The notes under the pieces are model-generated. The model worked only from the letters and a program-made list of their open reading frames with translations. It made no database searches and was not told where the DNA came from. The translations under genes and the position numbers were made by a program. 64,000 nucleotides of DNA, from positions 284,446 to 348,445 of the forward strand of contig JACPSJ010000001.1 in NCBI GenBank assembly GCA_016193315.1, given 5' to 3'. This DNA comes from Candidatus Kerfeldbacteria bacterium. Lineage in GTDB: Bacteria; Patescibacteriota; Patescibacteriia; SBBC01; CAIJZX01. How positions within the stretch are numbered: the first letter of the stretch is position 1; each line of letters starts with the position of its first letter. Below, in pieces: positions 1 through 9,700 of the stretch.

Positions 1-248
1 TGGGCGCTGATGGCCGCCGCCCGAGCGCTGGTCACCCGCTCGAATAACTGCCGCTCGTGGCTGGCATACCCTTTGATGGTTTCCACCAGATTGGGAATCA
101 AGTCGTAGCGACGTTTCAATTGGACGTCTATGTCAGACCAGGCTTCATCAGTTTGGTTGCGCAGACGGATCAAGCCGTTGTACGCCCCGATCAGCCACAA
201 CAGCAACACTAGGACGATACCGATGGCGATCCAGAGGATGTTTTCCAT
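1..248 (-). CDS. lemA: LemA family protein (partial; continues beyond window start)
   Basis: Reverse-strand translation from ATG at 248-246 gives [72 protein letters not shown]. This is the hallmark LemA N-terminus (TM helix + YN.L..L...v.eAWS.Id.QLkRR.[14 protein letters not shown].HE). Confidence 0.75.
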   Translation of the reverse strand, partial: MENILWIAIGIVLVLLLWLIGAYNGLIRLRNQTDEAWSDIDVQLKRRYDLIPNLVETIKGYASHERQLFERVTSARAAAISA

Positions 249-262
249 AGGGTCGAAGTGAA

Positions 263-781
263 TTATGAGCCCGTTACTTTTGTGATTCTAGTGGCGGTGA
301 ACGAAGTCACCGTGGCCAGGTTGATTTCGGTCGGACCGAAGACTTGCACCAGGTCGCCCACCTTGAATTCCGACCAATCAACCTGGCTGGCACTCGGTTG
401 GCCGGCCGCCGCGTCGAGCTGGCTGATGGCCGTTTGGTCGTTGGTGGCTACTTGGTAAACTCGCGTTAGCCGTTCTCCTGAAGGAGAGGTCACGGTAGCG
501 GCCACGTCAAGACCGTCTGAGTCCAGTCCACGGACATAACCGTAGAAGTCGGTGAAGTGCGCGGGGGTGACTGCCACGGCCGGAGTTACTACCCGGCGGG
601 GGGCTTTGGATGGGGACTTTGTCTTTAGGTAGATACCGATTCCCACCAACAGCACCAGGGACAGCAGGACGCTAAAGGCGAGGACCCGTTCGTGGTAACG
701 ATGGTCCGAAGTAGGCTTTGTTACTTTCGGATTTAGGCGCGGCCTAGCCACCGCTTTACTATACCCTGGCCGCGCTGACAC
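263..781 (-). CDS. hypothetical membrane-anchored protein
   Basis: 172-aa ORF with one N-terminal TM helix ([20 protein letters not shown]) and a Thr/Ser-rich C-terminal domain. No family recognised. Co-directional and adjacent to lemA. Confidence 0.45.
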   Translation of the reverse strand: MSARPGYSKAVARPRLNPKVTKPTSDHRYHERVLAFSVLLSLVLLVGIGIYLKTKSPSKAPRRVVTPAVAVTPAHFTDFYGYVRGLDSDGLDVAATVTSPSGERLTRVYQVATNDQTAISQLDAAAGQPSASQVDWSEFKVGDLVQVFGPTEINLATVTSFTATRITKVTGS

Positions 782-803
782 GACAACTCACGGATTTCTG
801 ATA

Positions 804-835
804 CCTGGCAAGCCTCACCGCTGGCAGTTGCCAGG
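804..835. promoter_or_regulatory. 8-bp inverted repeat CCTGGCAA-N16-TTGCCAGG in the divergent intergenic region
   Basis: Perfect inverted repeat between divergently oriented genes, upstream of a TATATT -10-like box at 851-856. Confidence 0.25.
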
Positions 836-897
836 AGCGAGTAAAACTGTTATATTCACCTGGTCACCCTCGATAGAGATTGGTCGGAAACCAAAGG

Positions 898-1848
898 ATG
901 AGAATGTCCAAAAAATTGGTCCAAATTGGCGCCATGTCTGGGTTGACGACCTTGGCTGTTTTGGCGTTGGCGCTTTCATCCGGATGGGGTGGTCGACCCC
1001 CGACGGCCTCGGCGGCGCATATTCCCTACGTCGAACCAGACGGCCCACCACCACAAAGCGTTCCGCAACGAACACTTCAGGGTTATAATCAGCCACTCGA
1101 GTTTCTGAACGCCTCTTCAGCCAGCCAGCTGAAGCGCGGGTCGCTGTTAATCGGCGAGAGCAGTGGCAGCGTGTCTGACTGTACCGACCCAGCCTCGAGC
1201 GATCCAGATAAGACTCGTGGTTGCAGCCGCTGGTGTCTTAATTCCGACCAGTCCCTCTGGACGACCGATGTCAACAACTGCATTCGGACCTGGCAGCAAC
1301 TGCCCCTGGTCGGTGGTGGGCCGTTCCTGCGACTCCTGGATGAGACCGGGTTGAGTCAGGTCGATCGCGGCGTCGTCGTTCTGTTGGGGCGCAACACTGA
1401 AAACCAATTTAAGACGCTGGTGGCTGAGGCCAACCCAGCGGCCAGCGGTTCAGTCGGCATCGGGGCTCGAAGCACCTCGACCAGCCACTACGCGGCTGAG
1501 TTTGCCGGCCGGGTGCTGGTCAACAACAGCAGCGGCGACGCCAAGCTGTGTCTCAACGGCAACGACTCCACTCACTGCATCGCCACCTGGCAAGGGGCGA
1601 TCGAAAGCGGCTTTCCGCCGGAGACTGTTCGCCTTCGGAACGCCACCCCTTGGTCGGTTCAAGATAGTCCTGGTGGCTTGCCCGGCAACGTCGGCTTGAA
1701 TGGACCACTGATCGTCGGGTCGCTGGTAGTCGGCACGCCGGCCGGGCCGCTGCTGTGCGGCGCGGCGCCGTGTTCTTGTGGCGATGGTTTATGCTCGACG
1801 GTCAGCAACGAGAACTCAGCCACTTGTGCAGCTGATTGCCCGCCCTAA
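898..1848 (+). CDS. secreted Cys-motif protein, paralog A (signal peptide; ends CGAAPCSCGDGLCSTVSNENSATCAADCPP)
   Basis: ORF-track frame 880-1848. ATG at 898/904 with AAAGGA RBS. Sec-type signal peptide (ALALSSGWGG). Motifs shared with paralogs B, C and D (EPDGPPPQ, GSLLIGE, CLNS..C..TW, CLNG..HCIATW). Confidence 0.6.
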   Translation: MRMSKKLVQIGAMSGLTTLAVLALALSSGWGGRPPTASAAHIPYVEPDGPPPQSVPQRTLQGYNQPLEFLNASSASQLKRGSLLIGESSGSVSDCTDPASSDPDKTRGCSRWCLNSDQSLWTTDVNNCIRTWQQLPLVGGGPFLRLLDETGLSQVDRGVVVLLGRNTENQFKTLVAEANPAASGSVGIGARSTSTSHYAAEFAGRVLVNNSSGDAKLCLNGNDSTHCIATWQGAIESGFPPETVRLRNATPWSVQDSPGGLPGNVGLNGPLIVGSLVVGTPAGPLLCGAAPCSCGDGLCSTVSNENSATCAADCPP

Positions 1849-1850
1849 CC

Positions 1851-4322
1851 ATGTTCCTCGACTACCGAATCCGGCTGCCGTTTCTGCTAGTGATGGTCAT
1901 CACTATTGCGGCCCTGGCCAGCCCGGCCCGGTCGCAGAACTTCATCAACCCCGGCGCCGACGCGCCAAGCGGGTCAATCGCGCCGCCGCTCAACGCCGGC
2001 AACACCATCCAGCGCAAGATCGGACCGCTGTTAATCGGGCCTGATCCGCGGATTGCCTATTATGAATGCTACAGTTACGGCGGGGCAAGCGAACTTGAAA
2101 CCTGGCTGGGTACGGCCATTCAAAGCGACCCATGGCTGAGCGCCCGCACGAGCTATTATAGCGACATCGATAATACCGATCCCTATGACGACGGTTGTCT
2201 CGATTCCCTTGAACCCGGTGACCCGCAGCCGCGGCGCCTGCGGCAAATGCTGTTGGATAACGCCGCTCACCCCTTCAGCTTGATCATCCTGAATACTCCG
2301 GGTCTGGCCAATGGCGTACCCGATCCGAGCGATAACTACCTGGCGCAAATTGAGGACTACATTGCTGATGGCGGCACGGTCTTGGTGACCAGAAAGCCAG
2401 TCGGGCTCGATGGCGATCCCAAGGTCGGACCCGGCGACATATCGCGGCAATTGTTTGCCGGGGTAGTGATGTGCAAGAGTTATTGTGAAGATCCGACCTG
2501 GACCGGTTGCGGTTACACCATGCAGGGCGGTGCAGCCGGGTGTGACAGCAATCCGGTCAACCGCCCTTCGGGCCCCTTTACGGCCAGCGTTTCATCGCCG
2601 TGGGACATTTCCCCGGCTGCGGCTGGCGGCGATGATGTCTCATGGCAATACCCGCCAACCGCCAGATACATGGGCGTCATCGGGAACTCCACCGGCTACA
2701 ATGATCACGGCGTCGGATCGACGGTTCACGGCAGCATCAACCCCACGCTTGACGTCGTCTACAACCTGTCCAGCGCTCCGGCCGACGTCGGCCCAATCGG
2801 CCAGATGGCGCACTGGCAGTACTTCCAAGGCAAAGTCTACTTCGTGGCCGACGAGTCGGAGAATCTGTCGATTGTCGACAATGGTACCGAGGACGAAAAC
2901 AGCATTTGCGGATCCGACGACACGATGTGTATCAAAACGACTGGCGCTCCCGGCGGCGATTACGATCGAACCGTTCGCTTTTGGATTAACACCATCACCA
3001 CTCTGGCTGAGCAGTGCGGCGATCGTTGCCAGAGCAAGATCTGTCTTAACGCCGATGTTGGTGCCGACATCAACGATCCCGTCAACTGCATCTCTCAGTG
3101 GACCGACGTGGTCATTTCCGGCGGCCCGTATGTCAGTTTGACGGAAAGCCGAGTGACCGGCGACCCGCTGTCGATCAGCAGCTACTCGCTCCAAACCGGC
3201 TTTGCCCGGGTCAGATCGACTGGTAGCGGTCAAGCGTTCTCCACCATCGTCCACTCCTCGGCGGCCGGTCCGGAGGCCGCCGCCCTCGACAGTACCGACG
3301 GTAGTACGGCTGGCAACGAAGCCGGTCTGTTCGGTGGTCGCTTCTGGGTCCATTCAAACCTGGTCGACGATCTCGGCCAGCTGTGTCTCAATGGCACCGG
3401 GGCCGTGGACTGCATCACCAGTTGGGATCAAGTCGATACTCTCTTCACCAGTTCCTACGTCAAGCTCCAGGCCTATGCCATCGGACAGCCGGTCTTATCA
3501 ACGGCCCAGGAGGAACAGATTGGCGGCGGTTCGGTTAGCGGCGTTGGCAAGATTTCTACCATCATCGCTGGCAACCCCGCCAACGTCAGCGGGGTATCCT
3601 GTGGGGCGGCGCCTTGTACCTGCGGTGATGGACAGTGCGCCGACCCGGCCGAAACCGGCGGGGTCGGGGGCAATTGTCCGGCCGACTGCGACGCCATCAG
3701 CCCAGCCGTCTCGCTCAGTCTCGGCACCTGGCTGGAAACCGTCACCCTGCGGGTCCGCACCGCAGCCCAGGCGCCGGCTGGCTCGAAAGTCAAGCTGTTG
3801 GTCGTCCGGCGTCAAGGCGCCGCCCCGGATTTCGTGCCCCAGGCCGGCGTGGTGTACGCCACGAACATGGTCTTTGGCTCAAACAAGATCGTCTATGCCG
3901 GCGAGGTCGATCAGGATACCCTGGTCACCGTTCCGGCCGACAGCGATCCGGCGCTCGACGCCGACCAAACGTACTTCTACCAGGCCATCCAGGGAAATCT
4001 TTTCCCCCGTTACGGCACGCCGGTCACTGAATCGATCACCCTGCGGCAACTGTTTGTCTCCAAGAATATTCCTGGCGCCGGATCGATCTTCGGTTCGGCC
4101 TTCAACTGCCTGCCAGCTTGCTTTGGCGCCAGCGCTTTCTATCGCCACGGGACCGTCGAAACTATTCGGGCGACAGCGTCAGCCCCCAATGAGTTTATCG
4201 GCTGGGAGGGTAGTGACTGCTTCGGCCCTGACCCTGAATGTACCATCACCATGGATCGGACACGCAGCGCGCGAGCCATCTATTGTGAGCCGCCGCGACC
4301 CGGCCGAATATGCGCAGAGTAA
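1851..4322 (+). CDS. secreted Cys-motif protein, paralog B (823 aa)
   Basis: ATG 3 nt after the stop of A. Signal peptide MFLDYRIRLPFLLVMVITIAALASPARSQ. Contains PLLIGPDP, two CLN..C(I)..W modules and an internal SCGAAPCTCGDGQCADPAETGGVGGNCPADC motif. Confidence 0.6.
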   Translation: MFLDYRIRLPFLLVMVITIAALASPARSQNFINPGADAPSGSIAPPLNAGNTIQRKIGPLLIGPDPRIAYYECYSYGGASELETWLGTAIQSDPWLSARTSYYSDIDNTDPYDDGCLDSLEPGDPQPRRLRQMLLDNAAHPFSLIILNTPGLANGVPDPSDNYLAQIEDYIADGGTVLVTRKPVGLDGDPKVGPGDISRQLFAGVVMCKSYCEDPTWTGCGYTMQGGAAGCDSNPVNRPSGPFTASVSSPWDISPAAAGGDDVSWQYPPTARYMGVIGNSTGYNDHGVGSTVHGSINPTLDVVYNLSSAPADVGPIGQMAHWQYFQGKVYFVADESENLSIVDNGTEDENSICGSDDTMCIKTTGAPGGDYDRTVRFWINTITTLAEQCGDRCQSKICLNADVGADINDPVNCISQWTDVVISGGPYVSLTESRVTGDPLSISSYSLQTGFARVRSTGSGQAFSTIVHSSAAGPEAAALDSTDGSTAGNEAGLFGGRFWVHSNLVDDLGQLCLNGTGAVDCITSWDQVDTLFTSSYVKLQAYAIGQPVLSTAQEEQIGGGSVSGVGKISTIIAGNPANVSGVSCGAAPCTCGDGQCADPAETGGVGGNCPADCDAISPAVSLSLGTWLETVTLRVRTAAQAPAGSKVKLLVVRRQGAAPDFVPQAGVVYATNMVFGSNKIVYAGEVDQDTLVTVPADSDPALDADQTYFYQAIQGNLFPRYGTPVTESITLRQLFVSKNIPGAGSIFGSAFNCLPACFGASAFYRHGTVETIRATASAPNEFIGWEGSDCFGPDPECTITMDRTRSARAIYCEPPRPGRICAE

Positions 4323-4325
4323 TAG

Positions 4326-5210
4326 ATGTCTAACCGCCACGATTCTTACGCCGTCGCTTCATTGCTCTTCGCCCTGGTTGGCGCGATTCTAGTCGTACCC
4401 GTGGCGGCCCAGTACCTCGAACCAGATGCCCCCCCGCCCGAGGGCCGGAGCGGGGTTTATCTCGACATATCCAGCCAGCCGCAGCAGAAACTCGGCTCGC
4501 TGCTCATCGGCGATGGCGATGTTGGCGATCAGCTGTGCTTGAATTCACCGAGCACTGGCGACGCCGGCCCATACTGCCTGGGGTCGTGGTCCGACGTCTA
4601 CGAGCGCGTCAACGGACCGTTCGTCAAAGTTCGCCAGGATCAGATCGGCGCCGCCCCCGAGGTCGTCAGTAGCTACGATAGTTTGCGCCAGAACGGGTAC
4701 ATGCGCTTGCGGGGTGCTGGCAGTACGCCCGCCACGACCTACCAGTCCGACGCCGACGCCGGAGCTGGCACTAAGGTCGGTATCTATGCCGGTGACCGCG
4801 GTGATATCAGCGGCTATGCCGCGCAGTTTACCGGGCAGCTGCGTATCAACGAACACAACAACGTCGGCGCCGACCCCGGCGAACTCTGCCTCGGCCCGTT
4901 TGACGACGGTGGAACCGCCCCCTATGACCAGGCCGGTCCGGCGCCGCGCTATGGCTGCCTGCAACAATGGAGCCAGCTGACCGCTGGCCTGATCGGGCCG
5001 TACCTCAAGGTGCAGAGCAGCAACCCGCCGAGCGACGTGCAGCTTGGCAGCGTCCGCATGGCCGGCAAAGCCTTCCAACTCGACGTTGGAACGGTCGTCG
5101 GAGGGGTAACTCCGGGCATGATTTGTGCCGGCGGGAATTGCTTTTGCGGCGACGGGTTGTGCAGCGCCGAAGCCGGCGAAACTGCGGCTACTTGCAGCAA
5201 TGATTGTTGA
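4326..5210 (+). CDS. secreted Cys-motif protein, paralog C
   Basis: Signal peptide, YLEPDAPPPEG, QQKLGSLLIGDGD, QLCLNS...YCLGSW, ELCLGP...GCLQQW. C-terminus is ICAGGNCFCGDGLCSAEAGETAATCSNDC. Confidence 0.6.
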   Translation: MSNRHDSYAVASLLFALVGAILVVPVAAQYLEPDAPPPEGRSGVYLDISSQPQQKLGSLLIGDGDVGDQLCLNSPSTGDAGPYCLGSWSDVYERVNGPFVKVRQDQIGAAPEVVSSYDSLRQNGYMRLRGAGSTPATTYQSDADAGAGTKVGIYAGDRGDISGYAAQFTGQLRINEHNNVGADPGELCLGPFDDGGTAPYDQAGPAPRYGCLQQWSQLTAGLIGPYLKVQSSNPPSDVQLGSVRMAGKAFQLDVGTVVGGVTPGMICAGGNCFCGDGLCSAEAGETAATCSNDC

Positions 5211-5252
5211 GGTAGCATTTTCTCGCCAGTTCGTTATACTAACAAGAGGTCT

Positions 5253-6746
5253 ATGGAGAGGATGAAACGAAAGCAAAAGACCAGCCTACGTCTGGCCAGT
5301 CGAAGACCGCCGGTTTTCTTGACGGCCATTATCGGCCTGCTGTTCGGGATTTCTATCACCCTGGCTAGCCGCTCAGCCTTGGCCGGGCCAATTACCGGCG
5401 GACCAGGCAGTGCGCCGTTCACCAAACTGGGCGTCTACCAGGGAGTCATCTCGATTATTCCTGGCGGGGGCGGGAACAGCGTCATGGAAATCGGCAATGC
5501 TGGTCGAGACATCAAGTCAACCGGAGCTCTGCATCTGGTTCCTGGGGGTGGCGGCGACGTTCATCTCGACGCTGGCCGGCTTTGTTTTGGCGCGGGCGTC
5601 GGCGATTGCCGCAATACCTGGGTCGGGTTGGGAGCGCAATCGCTCGATCAAGTGTTGGCGGCCGGGAACAGATCAAACAGCGATATCGTTTTGGGTCAAG
5701 GGCCTGGTCTCGGCGCTGGTGTGGCGTTGATCGACATCACTCAAACAAATGCCAGCCTAGATGCGATCTCGGCCAAACAGAATACGGCTGGCAACTCAAA
5801 AGCCGCCGTCTACGGGGAAAACACCAGCGCTAGCGGTTTTGCTGGCTACTTCTCTCATGGCCCCACCGGTAGCAGTACAACCGCGACACTCTTCTCGGAT
5901 AATCTCTACGAGTCCGGCGGCTCGACCATCGTCAATGCCAACGCAGCCAAATTTGTCGCTGACGTGGAAATCCTCCAAAAGGGGTTGCCGGCACAATCGT
6001 GGACCAATGCCTCCGTATTGAAGGTGGCGGCGAATGCCGCTCACGCCATTGGCGGCGTGCGCACGTGGCCGCTCCATGTCCGGAATCTGAATCCTAACGG
6101 CTACGCCGCGTACTTAGAAGGGTCGACGTATATTTTTGGTCAAGCCGGCGTGTTTTCGGGCGGAGCTGAAGGCACAGTGAATGCGACGCTGTTGGTGGAC
6201 AACACCGCTGGCGCTTCGCCGATGTGGGGGAATGCCATCAAAGGCCACGCGGGTAACGCCTATGTCGGCGCCCCGCCCATCGCCGACGCGCCAAGCGCGT
6301 TCATTGGGGTGTGGGGGAATGCTGGGTTCACGGCCGCTGGGACGAATGGCATTGGAGTCTACGGCTCGACCAATGCCACCAGTTCAGGCACTGAATACGG
6401 TGGCTATTTTGAAGCCCGGAACACCTCGGCCGCCGGCCAGGTGCGGTACGGGCTGTACGGAAAATCCGGGACCGGACCGGGCACACAGTACGCCGCGTAC
6501 TTTGAAGGTCAAGTGGTAAAAAAGGGCTCGGGCTCTGCCGGCCCGGCCATGACAAGCTTGGCGATCAGTAGCCCGCTGCCCGGCGCTTGCGGCGTGGTGG
6601 GACCAAAGAATTGTCTAACGATTTGCACAGAGTCTGGACTGACGTGTGTCGGAGCGATGAATCTTGGAGGTGCGCCGCCGGGCTCCTATAACCTGGGCGG
6701 TACATGTAACGAGAATCGCGGGTGCTATCGATGCGTTTGTTTGTAA
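5253..6746 (+). CDS. secreted Gly-rich repeat protein (Hep_Hag-like repeats), paralog D
   Basis: TATACT at 5235-5240 and AGAGG RBS before ATG 5253. N-terminal TM/signal. GRLCFGAGVGDCRNTW module related to A-C. Repeats of the xGxYGxSxxxxGxxxxAAYFEG type. Cys-rich C-terminus. Confidence 0.55.
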   Translation: MERMKRKQKTSLRLASRRPPVFLTAIIGLLFGISITLASRSALAGPITGGPGSAPFTKLGVYQGVISIIPGGGGNSVMEIGNAGRDIKSTGALHLVPGGGGDVHLDAGRLCFGAGVGDCRNTWVGLGAQSLDQVLAAGNRSNSDIVLGQGPGLGAGVALIDITQTNASLDAISAKQNTAGNSKAAVYGENTSASGFAGYFSHGPTGSSTTATLFSDNLYESGGSTIVNANAAKFVADVEILQKGLPAQSWTNASVLKVAANAAHAIGGVRTWPLHVRNLNPNGYAAYLEGSTYIFGQAGVFSGGAEGTVNATLLVDNTAGASPMWGNAIKGHAGNAYVGAPPIADAPSAFIGVWGNAGFTAAGTNGIGVYGSTNATSSGTEYGGYFEARNTSAAGQVRYGLYGKSGTGPGTQYAAYFEGQVVKKGSGSAGPAMTSLAISSPLPGACGVVGPKNCLTICTESGLTCVGAMNLGGAPPGSYNLGGTCNENRGCYRCVCL

Positions 6747-6791
6747 GGATCGTCCCGAAGCGGCCCACCGCGCTCGGTTAGATGTTCGTCA

Positions 6792-9700
6792 ATGAACAAG
6801 CATCTCATCCTGCCACCACGGATAAGAGTTGCTCGTGCCACATACGGTTTCAGGTTATTGATCCTGGCGGTTGGTTTGGGTTTCTTACTCATCATCGGCG
6901 GTTGGAATTTGTTTCGTGCGACCCGAGCCGAATTCGAGGTGCCGCTGATCGACACCACCTTCCTGGCTCGGGCCGACCTGCGCGACGTGTGGAGTTACTT
7001 CCGCAACACCCGGACCCTGGGTAGTCTTAGCCCGGATTACACTGGCAGCCTCGGGACCAACGAATTTGTCCACGCCTTGGCCGTCGGCGAGACCACTGAC
7101 GGTCGAGCCTCGGTCATCCAGCTGCGCAACGGCAAGTGGGAGCAGGTCATGCCGGTCGCTGTCAATAACGGTACGGAGTACCGGATCGATGGCGCGTTCA
7201 ACGCCATTGCCGGCGCCTACGAAGACGGCGGTGGTTATGCGGACTTCTTCGTTGGCGGCTATGATAGCACCACCGGCCGGGCGATTATCCGATCCGCTTC
7301 CACTCTGGATTCTCGAATTTTTGCTGGTTGCAGTGCCAGCGCCGGTAGGCTTCAACCGTGCGACCTGGCCATGGCGTTTCAGAACAATAACAACCAGCTT
7401 TACAGCCTGCCCGGCGGGAGTACCGAAATCTACGCCATGGATGCCGTGCCCCGCTTTCTCGGCCGGAAGTATGCCGGTGGCGTCAATGGGCTATTCCTTG
7501 AGTGGGTACAGGCTCCCAATGCTACGAATACCTGCAGTGCTGGTCGGTGTACGGAAAACAACCTCCTGTGTGGCGGGGATAGTGATTGTCGATCAAACCG
7601 TTGGGACACCGTTACGGCTGGCCCGCCGTTTCTGGGCAGCAGCGAGGATATCACTGGCGTCGCCCTCGTGCAGGGTGATCTGACCTACATCACCACCAGC
7701 ACCTTTGCCGGCACTAAACCCTACGATCGGGTCTGCGGTGCCGGCCAGCGGAGCAAACTCTACCGCCTCGTCGGGCGACCCACCACCGGCGACTGGACCA
7801 CGCTGATTGACACCGGTGGCACCGGCGTTTGTTTCTACGGGCTCGCCGCTGACACCAAGTATACGTTCCCGGGCGACCATGGCCCGCTCCAGGGTGTGGT
7901 CTGGATCGCGGCTGGGCGGAGTGATGGGTCGGGTGCCGTGTACCGCTTCGATGAGGGCACCGGCGTGACGAGCATCAGCTCGACCGCACAGGGAGTAACC
8001 ACTCCGGTTTACAGCGTCACCGCCCTGCCTGACCGCGGCGGCGACGGGCAAAATATACTCACCAACGGCGATTTCGAGGCTTGGAGTGTCCGCAGCCCGA
8101 TCGTCACCGATCCAAACGTGCGGCCCGATCAATGGCCCCACACGGACGAGTCCAAGTGGGGTCGCAACAACCCCGGCGCGTCCTGCGGTCAGAACTCGAT
8201 GGATGTCCGGATCGTCGACAGCACGCAAGTCGCCGGCGTGAACGGCTACGGCATTAGGCAGGCACCGGGCATCTATTTTGACGACCAGCTCAAGTGTTTG
8301 ACAAACCTGTCGGTTGACCGAAAAAGGAACGCCTCAGCTTCGAGCTACAACCGAGTCGATCTGTCAACCATCGAGGGCACGACGTTCAAGGTCTCCGGCC
8401 GCTATAAAGTCACCTTTGATCCGGCCGCCGATTCCCCACAATACCCGCAGGGCGGGGTGATGATTCAATGCCAGGGGGCCAATTACCCCAGCAGCGTGGA
8501 CTGTTCCTTTAGCAACTTCCGCGAAGTGCGGACGCTCAGCCAGGGAAACTCGAGCCTCGATTCCCGGTCCGATGCCAACGGCTTCATCAACTTTTCCTAT
8601 ACATTCTCTCGCCAGAACAACCAATTCCTGACGCCGATCCTGGGCGGCACTTCGGGTCCGCGGGTTCTGGAACGAGGAGAAGTGTTGGAGATACGCTGCT
8701 ACGCCACCTATGGCGTAGACGTAGTCTGCGATGATCTGGCCGTGGAACCAGTCAACAGCCCAAATAAGACACCCCGCTTCAATTACACCGTCATCGCCGT
8801 CGGCGAGAATGATCCCGGCAACCCGAATGCATTCGTCAACCGGGATGGTCTTGGCAGCACCACCTTCGTTCCGGAAGACGATACCGAGTGGCCCGACCTC
8901 AATGCGGTTCACGGCTTCGGCCAACAACAGGTTTTTACCGTCGGGGCCGACAGCACCATTCTCCAACGGACGCCCGGCAACGTGCTGGGTTATGTGTGGC
9001 TGGGTTCGGCCAGTCCGGTCGACCTCGGTCGGGCCGGGCTGGGTTGGATTTCCACCACCTGCATCAACCACCGCACCCCCGGTGGGACACTATGCCTCCG
9101 GTCGCCGGAATCATTTGCCCTGACGGTCGAAAACAACCAGCTCATCGGTCGGGCCTGGGTGGGGAAGAATTACGGTACCGCCCCCGGTGGGGCGGACAAA
9201 GAATCAGCCAATCTCGGCCGGTGCCGGCGAGCGTCCTTGCCGAGCCCAACCGCCTCCGGGGCGCCGTATGACAAAAGCGGCGCCTGTAATACGGCCAGTC
9301 GAACCTGCGTGGCTAATGCCAATCAGGCCTGCCTCCGCGACTTCGATTGCTATGGTCGTTGTGAGAAGAATGAAGGATTTATCTGCGTCTCTGACGCCGA
9401 CTGCCGAGCCAGCCCTTTTGCCGCCGCCGCGCCTTTCGATAGCACCGGCAGCCGTTTGGCTCGCGAGCCGCGGGTGGGTTTAGAGTGTGCTCAGTCGAAC
9501 GCCAGCCCCTCGGCCTGCGCGGGCGGTGGTTGGCTGACATTTAGCGCCTCCGAGTTCACCGACACGCCGCCGAATGCGATAAACCCCAACAATGACTGCG
9601 GAGTCAGCGGCGGCGCCTGCCTGGACGCCGCCTCCGGGCAACTGAAAGGCTGGGGTCAATTCATGACCCTGGCGCAATCACCAGCCCCCAACGGCGACCC

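Noticed and set aside
2485-4392. Long alternative-frame ORFs (2485-3141 +, 2640-3353 -, 3202-4392 +) inside the 1851-4322 gene
   Set aside because: They are Arg/Pro/Ala-rich translations typical of off-frame reading of high-GC coding DNA. They overlap a gene with coherent domain and motif content.
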